DNA of 64,000 nt, taken from positions 32,001 through 96,000 of the IMG/VR virus record IMGVR_UViG_3300023184_003849, one strand, 5' to 3'. Numbering within the stretch: the first letter of the stretch is position 1; each line of letters begins with the position of its first letter. Origin of the DNA: a virus. The translations under genes and the position numbers were made by a program. Shown one piece after another: positions 7,295 to 14,329 of this stretch. The notes under the pieces were generated by a model. The model did no database searches, was not told the origin of the DNA, and saw nothing but the letters and a program-made list of their open reading frames with translations.

Positions 7295-7333
7295 TCACTG
7301 GTTAGAAGGGTTCGATTCCCTTATCCGGAGCCA
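7255..7333 (+). tRNA. tRNA-Asn(GTT)
   Basis: Anticodon loop CTGTTAA, T arm AAGGG-TTCGATT-CCCTT, G73, CCA. Confidence 0.88.
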
Positions 7334-7337
7334 AATT

Positions 7338-7412
7338 GCCTCTGTAGTATAATGGATAATACACTGGTCTACGAAGCCGGGAATTGTGGTTCAATTCCAT
7401 ACAGAGGCTCCA
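7338..7412 (+). tRNA. tRNA-Arg(ACG)
   Basis: Cloverleaf, CCA. Confidence 0.9.
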
Positions 7413-7417
7413 TTCAT

Positions 7418-7491
7418 GCCCCTTTAGTTTAAAAGTAAAACAGACGCTTGATAAGCGTCAGTCGGAGGAGCGTTACCTCCCGGGGGTACCA
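7418..7491 (+). tRNA. tRNA-Ile(GAT)
   Basis: GACGC-TTGATAA-GCGTC; atypical T loop AGCGTTA; CCA. Confidence 0.85.
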
Positions 7492-7511
7492 GTTTTTAAA
7501 AGGAGAATGCG

Positions 7512-7640
7512 ATGAAACGCAAGATGACCGTCAGGCAACGTAACCCCTTCGTTGCATTGGCTATGAAAAGAAAAGCGGGTAGCCATCGAAAAACCAACAA
7601 AGAGGTTCGTCGATTAGATAAAATGCGAGGCTATAGTTAA
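7512..7640 (+). CDS. Small very basic peptide, 42 aa (MKRKMTVRQRNPFVALAMKRKAGSHRKTNKEVRRLDKMRGYS); possible ribosome-rescue-factor-like
   Basis: AAGGAG SD; translated by hand; stop codon lies inside tRNA-Lys. Confidence 0.7.
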   Translation: MKRKMTVRQRNPFVALAMKRKAGSHRKTNKEVRRLDKMRGYS

Positions 7641-7702
7641 GCGGTTATAACATCACCCTTTTAAGGTGTAAGACCTCGGTTCGAATCCGAGTGGCCCTAC
7701 CA
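7627..7702 (+). tRNA. tRNA-Lys(TTT)
   Basis: Anticodon loop CTTTTAA, T arm CTCGG-TTCGAAT-CCGAG, CCA; one acceptor mismatch. Confidence 0.85.
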
Positions 7703-7803
7703 TATGAAAACACATTGTGGCGAGTTTATGAGTAGCCTGGGAACACGGCAGTAGACCCAATATGTCATAACGTTAGCCTGATATCAGCAATGTGTTTCCA
7801 TAT
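7703..7803 (+). ncRNA. Unknown stem-closed RNA filling the tRNA-Lys/tRNA-His spacer
   Basis: ACCATATGAAAACACATTG(7699-7717)/CAATGTGTTTCCATATGGT(7788-7806), 18 of 19 bp. Confidence 0.5.
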
Positions 7804-7878
7804 GGTGTCCATAGTTTAGTGGCAAAACCGCGGGTTGTGATTCCGCTATCATGAGTTCGATTCTCATTGGATACCCCA
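7804..7878 (+). tRNA. tRNA-His(GTG)
   Basis: G-1:C73, GCGGG-TTGTGAT-TCCGC, CCA. Confidence 0.92.
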
Positions 7879-7879
7879 A

Positions 7880-7954
7880 GGATGAGTAGCATAATGGCAG
7901 TGCGCCTCCTTCATACGGAGTAAGGTGGTAGTTCGACTCTACCTTCATCCACCA
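7880..7954 (+). tRNA. tRNA-Met(CAT), elongator (Ile2 not excluded)
   Basis: Anticodon loop TTCATAC, CCA. Confidence 0.85.
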
Positions 7955-7964
7955 AAATAGTTTT

Positions 7965-8041
7965 GCCCTGGTAACCGAATTGGTATAGGTACTGGTCTTA
8001 GAAACCAGGTTCTGAGAGTTCGAGTCTCTCCTAGGGCACCA
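7965..8041 (+). tRNA. tRNA-Leu(TAG) with short variable loop
   Basis: CTGGT-CTTAGAA-ACCAG; variable region only GTTCT; A73, CCA. Confidence 0.88.
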
Positions 8042-8051
8042 CGTAGTTTAT

Positions 8052-8125
8052 GTCTTGTAAGTGTTACGGTAGCACATCAGTCTCCAAAACTGAGGGCTGG
8101 GGTTCGACTCCCTAACGAGACGCCA
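8052..8125 (+). tRNA. tRNA-Trp(CCA)
   Basis: TCAGT-CTCCAAA-ACTGA, G73, CCA. Confidence 0.9.
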
Positions 8126-8130
8126 AATCG

Positions 8131-8204
8131 GGGCTGGTAGTTAAATGGGATAACGGTGGCTTTGCAAGCCTCAGTTGGGAGTTCGATTCTCCCTCGGTCC
8201 ACCA
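8131..8204 (+). tRNA. tRNA-Ala(TGC)
   Basis: G3:U70, anticodon loop TTTGCAA, CCA. Confidence 0.92.
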
Positions 8205-8211
8205 AAAATTC

Positions 8212-8299
8212 GGAGGTATCGCATAGCGGTCGATTGCACGGGACTGTAAATCCTGCGCCCTACGGGGCCTCGGTGGTTCAAATCCATCTACCTCCACCA
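8212..8299 (+). tRNA. tRNA-Tyr(GTA)
   Basis: Long variable arm, CCA. Confidence 0.92.
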
Positions 8300-8302
8300 C
8301 TT

Positions 8303-8376
8303 GCCTCGTTCGTCTAATGGTAGGGCCGCGTGTTTACACCGCGCAGACGGCAGTTCGATTCTGTCACGAGGTACCA
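8303..8376 (+). tRNA. tRNA-Val(TAC)
   Basis: Cloverleaf, CCA. Confidence 0.9.
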
Positions 8377-8405
8377 TTGACACACAATAGATAATTGTGT
8401 ATAAT
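8377..8405 (+). promoter_or_regulatory. Consensus sigma70 promoter
   Basis: TTGACA-17-TATAAT. Confidence 0.85.
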
Positions 8406-8424
8406 ACATGTAAATAGAAACAAC

Positions 8425-8502
8425 GCAACGGTGGCAGAGTGGTCCAATGCATGGGATTGCAAATCCCAAAAGCCGCTGGTTCAAATCCAGCCCGTTGCTC
8501 CA
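8425..8502 (+). tRNA. tRNA-Cys(GCA)
   Basis: TGGGA-TTGCAAA-TCCCA, U73, CCA. Confidence 0.92.
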
Positions 8503-8504
8503 AA

Positions 8505-8750
8505 CGTTCCAGCGTCACTGGATACTCTGGTCCCAGAGGATGAGAAGTGTGATGACACACACGGGCGGTTCTGAAGAGTCAAATCTTCACAGTAGAGATA
8601 CTGCGGTCTAGCCTCAACCGGCGTTGGCAATACGAGAACTGATCCCTGTCGAGAAGCGGGTGGAGGCCGTGTGTGATGGTATATGAGAAAGACGGCGTAA
8701 TGGCACGAAAACTTGTATGCTTGATGCGGTATAATTACCGCCGGGGGACG
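8505..8750 (+). ncRNA. Unknown multi-branched RNA, about 245 nt
   Basis: CGTTCC/GGGACG closure; TCCAG/CTGGA, CTCTGG/CCAGAG, CACACACGG/CCGTGTGTG, TGAAGA/TCTTCA, CAGTA/TACTG, GCGGTA/TACCGC. Confidence 0.6.
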
Positions 8751-8774
8751 CAGAGCATATATTAGGAGAATTAT

Positions 8775-8927
8775 ATGCCAATGTATGAAACAACTGTGAG
8801 AACACCACAAGGTGAAGAAAAGAAAAAAATCTATGCGGACACACCGCAAGAGGCTAAGAAACTTTTTGAACAACTGTACGGTGGTCCAAGAGCAGTTCCG
8901 TATATTCCACATATTATTCCAAGTTAA
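8775..8927 (+). CDS. Small hypothetical protein, 50 aa (MPMYETTVRTPQGEEKKKIYADT...)
   Basis: AGGAG SD; translated by hand. Confidence 0.7.
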   Translation: MPMYETTVRTPQGEEKKKIYADTPQEAKKLFEQLYGGPRAVPYIPHIIPS

Positions 8928-8931
8928 TTAC

Positions 8932-9006
8932 CGCGGGGTGGAGAAGTAGTATCTCACTAGGCTCATAACCTAGAGATCGGCGGTGCGATTCCGCCTCCCG
9001 CAACCA
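8932..9006 (+). tRNA. tRNA-fMet(CAT), initiator-like
   Basis: CGCGGGG start with C1:A72 mismatch; CTAGG-CTCATAA-CCTAG; CCA. Confidence 0.88.
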
Positions 9007-9010
9007 ATCA

Positions 9011-9084
9011 GCCCCTATAGTTAAATGGCAGAACATCGGTTTTGTAATCCGAGGACGGGAGTTCGATTCTCTCTAGGGGCACCA
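9011..9084 (+). tRNA. tRNA-Thr(TGT)
   Basis: Cloverleaf, CCA. Confidence 0.92.
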
Positions 9085-9107
9085 ATTTGAATAAGGAATT
9101 TTTCATT

Positions 9108-9812
9108 ATGAGATGTTTGGAAGAAATTCAAAAAGATAATTTACCAATAATTGTATTAGGGTCTTGTTTGAGTTTGCCCACTATAATCGAATCATGTGAG
9201 GCTTCTGGAAGAAAAATCATTGCAATAATTGATAATGATTATGTTGATCAAACAAACATGTATGGATTTCCAGTTTTTCAGGAATCTTGGCTTGATTCTA
9301 TAGAAACAACTCATTATGAATTTTTTATTGCTTCAGTTTGGACCCCAGGAAATCATGTTGTTACAAAACGTAGCAATAATAAAAGAGATCATTATATCAA
9401 TTTAATGCAAATTAAAAAATTAACAGGAGCAACAATAATTCATCCTAGTTGTGTGATTTCACCAAATGCATTGATCGGGAGGAATGTAAGAATTGGAGCA
9501 ATGACTGTGGTAGTTCATGGGACAGAAATCCATGATCACGTGCTGATCAAAGAACAGTGTTATATAAGTCACGACGTGAAAATTGGAAAAAATTCAGTAA
9601 TACAAATCAAAGCCTGCATCACTGGCCATGTACACATTGGAGCAAATACCTATATTGGAGTAGGCTCTACAATAATGCATCGCGTTCAATCAGCCGCCCC
9701 GACAATCATTGGTGACAATGTACTTGTTCATCCGAAATTGTTGGTCATTCAAGATTTGCCTAATGATTCTGTTGCCAGTTTGAAAAATAAAAAATATTCA
9801 AGAATCTTTTAA
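9108..9812 (+). CDS. Hexapeptide-repeat sugar O/N-acetyltransferase (NeuD/PglD-like)
   Basis: IIHPSCVISPNALIGRNVRIG left-handed beta-helix repeats after a Rossmann-like N-terminus; AT-rich. Confidence 0.85.
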   Translation: MRCLEEIQKDNLPIIVLGSCLSLPTIIESCEASGRKIIAIIDNDYVDQTNMYGFPVFQESWLDSIETTHYEFFIASVWTPGNHVVTKRSNNKRDHYINLMQIKKLTGATIIHPSCVISPNALIGRNVRIGAMTVVVHGTEIHDHVLIKEQCYISHDVKIGKNSVIQIKACITGHVHIGANTYIGVGSTIMHRVQSAAPTIIGDNVLVHPKLLVIQDLPNDSVASLKNKKYSRIF

Positions 9813-10061
9813 ATCGTTTTGCAATTTTTTTAAATGAGAGAATCTTTTCATACGATTATAAATTTTGATTACGCCACGAGCGGCATGTTCCGGAAAAAAA
9901 ATAGGAAAAATTGCATGGATAAAACTACTCAATGACAAAAATAAAAGATGACCGCTATTGGTCAAACTATGTTTTAAATGATACCAATATGTCATTCGAC
10001 TATTTTCAAGATGAATTTTTGTGCTAATCATTGTATAATATTTATTTGATTTTTTGTACAA
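9798..10061 (-). CDS. Small membrane protein (MTYWYHL...FIHAIFP family); true start may be 10031
   Basis: ORF track; recognisable phage motif. Confidence 0.6.
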   Translation of the reverse strand: MYKKSNKYYTMISTKIHLENSRMTYWYHLKHSLTNSGHLLFLSLSSFIHAIFPIFFPEHAARGVIKIYNRMKRFSHLKKLQNDLKDS

Positions 10062-10092
10062 TACAAAAATTAACTTTTTAATAGGAGTGTAA

Positions 10093-10341
10093 ATGCTAGA
10101 TTATATCATTACTTTTATTGCAGTATTTGCCACTGATTTGATCTACATTCTTTTTGTAAAATCAATTCAAGACAATCAGCCTTGGCGTGCCGCATGGTGG
10201 TCAATGGTTTGTACGCTCACAGCCTCAGTGGCTGTAATCAACTACACTGAAAATCACTTGGCCTTGATTCCAGCCCTGGCAGGTGCCTTCTTTGGTGCCT
10301 ATGTAGGCATGAAATACAAGAAAAAAATCATCTCCGATTAG
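10093..10341 (+). CDS. Small membrane protein; stop codon lies inside tRNA-Pro
   Basis: Three hydrophobic segments; AGGAG SD. Confidence 0.75.
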   Translation: MLDYIITFIAVFATDLIYILFVKSIQDNQPWRAAWWSMVCTLTASVAVINYTENHLALIPALAGAFFGAYVGMKYKKKIISD

Positions 10342-10407
10342 TATAGCCTGGTAGTACCCGTGGTTTGGGACCATGAAGCGGGAGTTCAAATCTCTCATCG
10401 GAGACCA
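10332..10407 (+). tRNA. tRNA-Pro(TGG)
   Basis: C1:G72, CGTGG-TTTGGGA-CCATG, CCA. Confidence 0.9.
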
Positions 10408-10408
10408 T

Positions 10409-10536
10409 AAGCGTTGTATCAAGCACAAACTCACGTGGAGGATTTATCAGTTGAGGATCTGGTACAAAGTCTCTGCGCACAGTAAAATACCCATGCTCTT
10501 GATAAACGCCTTCGGCAGCCACACGATACAATGCTT
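10409..10536 (+). ncRNA. Unknown stem-closed RNA after tRNA-Pro
   Basis: AAGCGTTGTATC/GATACAATGCTT 12-bp closure; internal TTTATCAG/TTGATAAA. Confidence 0.45.
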
Positions 10537-10577
10537 CAATGCCATGCTCGTTGTCATATTTCATAGACCTATTTATT

Positions 10578-10653
10578 CTGGCGTTAGTATAATGGATCAA
10601 TACAGCGGGCTTCTACCCCGCGAATGTGGGTTCGATTCCTGCACGCCGGACCA
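10578..10653 (+). tRNA. tRNA-Arg(TCT)
   Basis: GCGGG-CTTCTAC-CCCGC, CCA. Confidence 0.92.
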
Positions 10654-10676
10654 CAGTTAAATAAAAGAAAGCACTT

Positions 10677-11150
10677 ATGAAGAAGATCAATCTAGACGAA
10701 GTAAAAGCGTTTATTGAAAAGCAAACTCCAGAGACCAAAATCTACTTGGGTTGCGACTCTGAACGTCTCAAAATCAACGGTGTCTGGCATGCTGATTATG
10801 TGCTGGCCATTGTGGTTCACATCAACGGCAACAACGGTTGCAAACTGTTTGGAGAAATTCAACGTGAACGAGACTGGGATCAAAAAGCCAGCCGGCCATC
10901 TATGCGACTAATGAATGAAGTGTACAAAATCAGCGAATTGTATCTAAAACTTCATGAAGTGTTAGAGGGTAGAGATGTCGAAGTTCATTTGGACATCAAC
11001 CCCGACGAACATCACGGATCAAGTTGTGTTATCAGCCAGGCTGTGGGTTACATCAAAGGTACCTGCAATGTCATACCTTTTGTCAAGCCTGATGCTTTTG
11101 CAGCCAGTTACGCCGCAGATCGTTTCAAAGGTCTCTCAAAAGTTGCATAG
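10677..11150 (+). CDS. RNase H-like YkuK (DUF458) family protein
   Basis: IYLGCDS, RLMNEV, VHLDIN, AASYAAD motifs. Confidence 0.85.
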   Translation: MKKINLDEVKAFIEKQTPETKIYLGCDSERLKINGVWHADYVLAIVVHINGNNGCKLFGEIQRERDWDQKASRPSMRLMNEVYKISELYLKLHEVLEGRDVEVHLDINPDEHHGSSCVISQAVGYIKGTCNVIPFVKPDAFAASYAADRFKGLSKVA

Positions 11151-11157
11151 AACAACC

Positions 11158-11233
11158 GCGGATGAAGTGTTTTGGGTTACACGTCAGTCTTCCAAACTGA
11201 AATAGACGAGTTCGAATCTCGCCTTCCGCTCCA
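11158..11233 (+). tRNA. tRNA-Gly(TCC)
   Basis: TCAGT-CTTCCAA-ACTGA, U73, CCA. Confidence 0.88.
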
Positions 11234-11236
11234 GAA

Positions 11237-11265
11237 TTGACAACACACTGAGTTTGTTGTATAAT
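11237..11265 (+). promoter_or_regulatory. Consensus sigma70 promoter
   Basis: TTGACA-17-TATAAT. Confidence 0.85.
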
Positions 11266-11274
11266 TACATTGAA

Positions 11275-11364
11275 GGAACGGTCCCATAATGGTATTGGAG
11301 CAGATTGCTAATCTGTCGGCTGGTTTAATCCGGCTTCGGGGTTCAAGTCCCCGTCGTTCCGCCA
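11275..11364 (+). tRNA. tRNA-Ser(GCT)
   Basis: Long variable arm, G73, CCA. Confidence 0.92.
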
Positions 11365-11370
11365 GACAAT

Positions 11371-11445
11371 GCGGCTATGGCGTAGTAGGAAACGCATGTG
11401 CTTGCCAAGCATAAGTCACGAGTTCGACCCTCGTTAGCCGCTCCA
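11371..11445 (+). tRNA. tRNA-Gly(GCC)
   Basis: Cloverleaf, U73, CCA. Confidence 0.9.
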
Positions 11446-11644
11446 GGTTGAGTAAAGAAAGCGTGTTAGAAACTCATTGACGATGGGCCCAACTATCAGG
11501 GACACTACGTTAATCCAGAGCCGCTGAACGGGCGAGAGCCGCGGTAGACTGCCAGTCACAGTCGTGTCATGCTTCTGGAGGGACGGGAGTGCAGAGATGT
11601 ATTCCGCACCCTTAAACACAAGATAGTGCTTTCTTTATTTCATT
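11446..11644 (+). ncRNA. Unknown structured RNA filling the tRNA-Gly/tRNA-Thr spacer
   Basis: TGAGTAAAGAAAGCG/TGCTTTCTTTATTTCA closure; TCCAGAG/TTCTGGA; GGAGTGCA/TGTATTCC. Confidence 0.55.
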
Positions 11645-11718
11645 GCTCTTGTAGTTAAGTGGCATAACGAATCCATGGTAAGGATTAATCGACAGTTCGA
11701 TTCTGTACTAGAGCACCA
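11645..11718 (+). tRNA. tRNA-Thr(GGT)
   Basis: AATCC-ATGGTAA-GGATT, CCA. Confidence 0.88.
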
Positions 11719-11719
11719 T

Positions 11720-12421
11720 TTATTTCACAGTGGCTAGACGCAGAGTCTTGAGGATGCAGATGTACATCCAGCCTATGTCAAATTCAAACCAGCGTTGACT
11801 TAGACGAGGGCTTGCTGGGTCTAAGTGATGATTGTTGTGCAGTTCTTCCCCGCCAATCACAACGCCCCAGGGAATGATGTTTCTACTGAGGTCTCGAGTT
11901 TCGCCATTGCGATAGCCCCACCAGTGTGCTAGACCGTTGATCACACCAGCGGCCCAGAATGGAATCCATATCATCTGTATGCCCCAGATTATGGCGCCAA
12001 CCCAACCAAAGAGCCAGAGGTTGAGCACAAGGAAAATGCCAATGCCAAATCTACTGTGAGGAGTGTATATGTTGCGCTCCAGCCAATCAGCAGGAGTGCC
12101 GCGACCATATGTGCTAACCATATCTTTATCTTTTGATGCTTCATGATACAATATTGCTCCTTGAAATAACACTTGCCAGATTCCATACACATAAGGGCTA
12201 TGCGGATCACCTGCACAGTCACTGTATCTATGATGCTTGCGGTGTATGGCCACCCACTGACGTGTGATCATGCCTGTGGTGAGCCATAACCAAAATCGCA
12301 TGAAGTGTTCTATTAGGGGATGAAATGTTACAGATCGATGTGCTTGTGATCTATGCAGATACAGCGTGACGCAGGCTATGGTGATATGTGTTACTGTTAA
12401 AGTGTATAAGATTTCTGTCAT
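11720..12421 (-). CDS. Delta-9 fatty acid desaturase (auxiliary metabolic gene)
   Basis: His boxes HRSQAH, HRKHH, HNNHH; WFEFDIGW. Confidence 0.93.
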   Translation of the reverse strand: MTEILYTLTVTHITIACVTLYLHRSQAHRSVTFHPLIEHFMRFWLWLTTGMITRQWVAIHRKHHRYSDCAGDPHSPYVYGIWQVLFQGAILYHEASKDKDMVSTYGRGTPADWLERNIYTPHSRFGIGIFLVLNLWLFGWVGAIIWGIQMIWIPFWAAGVINGLAHWWGYRNGETRDLSRNIIPWGVVIGGEELHNNHHLDPASPRLSQRWFEFDIGWMYICILKTLRLATVK

Positions 12422-12438
12422 TGCTTACTTATCCACAG

Positions 12439-12513
12439 CGGCCCTTAGTTCAATGGATAGAATACGTGGCTTCGAACCATGTGGTGGGAGTTCGATTCTC
12501 TCAGGGCCGGCCA
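12439..12513 (+). tRNA. tRNA-Arg(TCG)
   Basis: CGTGG-CTTCGAA-CCATG, A20, CCA; antisense to the radical SAM 3' end. Confidence 0.9.
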
Positions 12514-13554
12514 TCTATGTTTGTATATGTTTCCTACAACTGATTCAAATTCAAGTCTGTCTGCAGGGTCGTGTACTGACTCAAGTATTGTTTTGCTCAA
12601 AGTTTTTACAAATTCCTTTTGAGTCTTAGTAATTTTGTAATGTTGGCTTTGGTGTTGTAGGGACTCAACAATCTCTTGTTTTTCAGAGTCACGAAACACA
12701 GACCAACCAAGGTAACGTGGTTGCACCAAATTGGTCACTCGTGTTGATCTAAGTTGTCTATTACACCAGTCTAATGTAGGCACCAGTTGCTGGACATTCA
12801 GTACCTGTGCTACAAAATGAAAATTTATTTTGGCATCTGGCAATTGTTTCAGCAACAAAGATACATTTTTTGTAAATGTTTCCCATTCTGCTGGGTACCT
12901 CATGATTTCATAACCTTGTTCATACCCATCTATACTGATCTGTAATTCCAATTTGGACATTTTTTTTAATTTTTCTATATGAGAATCTAACAGCACTGTG
13001 GCATTGGTCACCACTCTAAATGGTATGTTTTTTTCAATTACAAAATCCATTATTTGTAGATTGTTTTTGGTCAGGAAAAATTCTCCGCCAATAACACTTA
13101 TACTTTCAATATCGCCAACTTTGTGCAATATTTCTAACTGTTTGTCGCTGGTATTTGTTTCTCTGCTAAAGTTGATTGCTTCAATACCGATACTGTGCCT
13201 TTCTTTGGCCAATGCTGTGCTATAGGAAGGCCCGCACATGACACATTTTAGATTGCACACATTACTGGGCATGATTTCGTATCTCACACCTGATAGATTA
13301 TTCAATGCCTGGTTGGCATGATGCCTATAACTGGTTTGTCCTTGTTCTTCTTGTTGCCTACAAGTTTGACACCCAGTGGGCCATGTTGTTGCTGTTTTTA
13401 ATTCCTGAATTTCTGCACTAGAATAATATTGTTCAAGAGTGCTGTAATGGTTACTTGTCTTGTATATGCAACAAGGCAAAACTTTTACTTGCGAGTCAGG
13501 AGTTGTGTCAAGTCGTATATTATGATGTATGGCAGCACAGTAGAAATTGTTCAT
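12445..13554 (-). CDS. Radical SAM protein (twitch-type)
   Basis: CNLKCVMC, GGE, TNAT, SIDG; N-terminal C..PCC and CxxC. Confidence 0.9.
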   Translation of the reverse strand: MNNFYCAAIHHNIRLDTTPDSQVKVLPCCIYKTSNHYSTLEQYYSSAEIQELKTATTWPTGCQTCRQQEEQGQTSYRHHANQALNNLSGVRYEIMPSNVCNLKCVMCGPSYSTALAKERHSIGIEAINFSRETNTSDKQLEILHKVGDIESISVIGGEFFLTKNNLQIMDFVIEKNIPFRVVTNATVLLDSHIEKLKKMSKLELQISIDGYEQGYEIMRYPAEWETFTKNVSLLLKQLPDAKINFHFVAQVLNVQQLVPTLDWCNRQLRSTRVTNLVQPRYLGWSVFRDSEKQEIVESLQHQSQHYKITKTQKEFVKTLSKTILESVHDPADRLEFESVVGNIYKHRWPALRESNSHHMVRSHVFYPLN

Positions 13555-13593
13555 AGAGTATTTAATTTGCGTATCCAATGACTGTAGTAATTT

Positions 13594-13669
13594 GCCCCTT
13601 AAACTAATCTAGTGAAAGTGCAGGACTGAAAATCCTGAAAGCCAGGAGCGTAACCTGGAGGGGGCACCA
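13594..13669 (+). tRNA. tRNA-Phe(GAA)
   Basis: CAGGA-CTGAAAA-TCCTG; atypical T loop AGCGTAA; CCA. Confidence 0.88.
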
Positions 13670-13681
13670 ACTAAATATCAT

Positions 13682-14065
13682 ATGTCTTACAAAACTTACT
13701 ACTGCGAGCACTGTAGATCCCCTTATGGCTGGGTGCAACAACAACAAACACCGGGATATTGCAGTGCTCGATGCCGCAGTGCAGACGCCAGTCGCCAGGC
13801 CAAGAAATCATTTGATCAAATACAACTGGATCGAATAGCCAGTAGAATTCCAACAAGTGCAAAAAATTCAGATACTCTCGCACCACGGCAAGATCGTGAG
13901 CCAACACAATTACGCGAACAACGTTGTGAATGTTGTGGCATTACAGAATACAATGGCCTACCTATTAAGTTCAAGTGGTTCCGTATTGATGGCAATGAGA
14001 ACAATGACAACCCGCCTAATTTAAGATTGTTGTGCCCCAACTGCTTGAGTCAACAGACTACATAG
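13682..14065 (+). CDS. Zn-binding HNH endonuclease-like protein (possibly degenerate)
   Basis: CECCG...IDGNENND..NLRLLCPNC; the catalytic His positions appear replaced. Confidence 0.65.
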   Translation: MSYKTYYCEHCRSPYGWVQQQQTPGYCSARCRSADASRQAKKSFDQIQLDRIASRIPTSAKNSDTLAPRQDREPTQLREQRCECCGITEYNGLPIKFKWFRIDGNENNDNPPNLRLLCPNCLSQQTT

Positions 14066-14075
14066 GATTTTTGTC

Positions 14076-14291
14076 ATGCGACCAGCAATGATTTGGATTT
14101 TGAGTTTCAGCGTATTGGGTCCTGAGCCGCACTATCAAGAAATACCCAAGTTCACCAGTCGCGAACAATGTGAAGCGGCCCTGCAACAAAAACGTGAAGA
14201 GTATCGTGCCCAGCGTAAACAGATTGCGGGCACTTGTACACAAAGCACTCAAAGTGCGCCCAAACAAACGCCAAGCATGCCGGCTCATTAA
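14076..14291 (+). CDS. Small hypothetical protein
   Basis: ORF track; AGGA SD; F.SREQC motif. Confidence 0.6.
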   Translation: MRPAMIWILSFSVLGPEPHYQEIPKFTSREQCEAALQQKREEYRAQRKQIAGTCTQSTQSAPKQTPSMPAH

Positions 14292-14294
14292 TGG

Positions 14295-14323
14295 TTGACA
14301 AATAACTAAAATGAATATATAAT
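14295..14323 (+). promoter_or_regulatory. Consensus sigma70 promoter of tmRNA
   Basis: TTGACA-17-TATAAT. Confidence 0.85.
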
Positions 14324-14329
14324 AACGAG

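Noticed and set aside
7965-8041. TAG anticodon read as an amber suppressor or sign of code reassignment
   Set aside because: Anticodon TAG reads CTA (Leu). No CTA/TCA-anticodon tRNA was found, and TAG serves as a normal stop (e.g. 11150, 21133).
8571-8600. CTGAAGA as a hammerhead ribozyme core
   Set aside because: No stem II followed by GAAA; TGAAGA instead pairs with TCTTCA.
8525-8665. T-box-like words (GAGGATGAG, AAGCGGGTGG)
   Set aside because: No AGAGA/GNUG stem I motifs, no TGGNACC bulge and no terminator.
13682-14065. Active homing endonuclease or intron at tRNA-Phe
   Set aside because: The tRNA is uninterrupted and the HNH catalytic histidines appear substituted; kept only as an HNH-like CDS.
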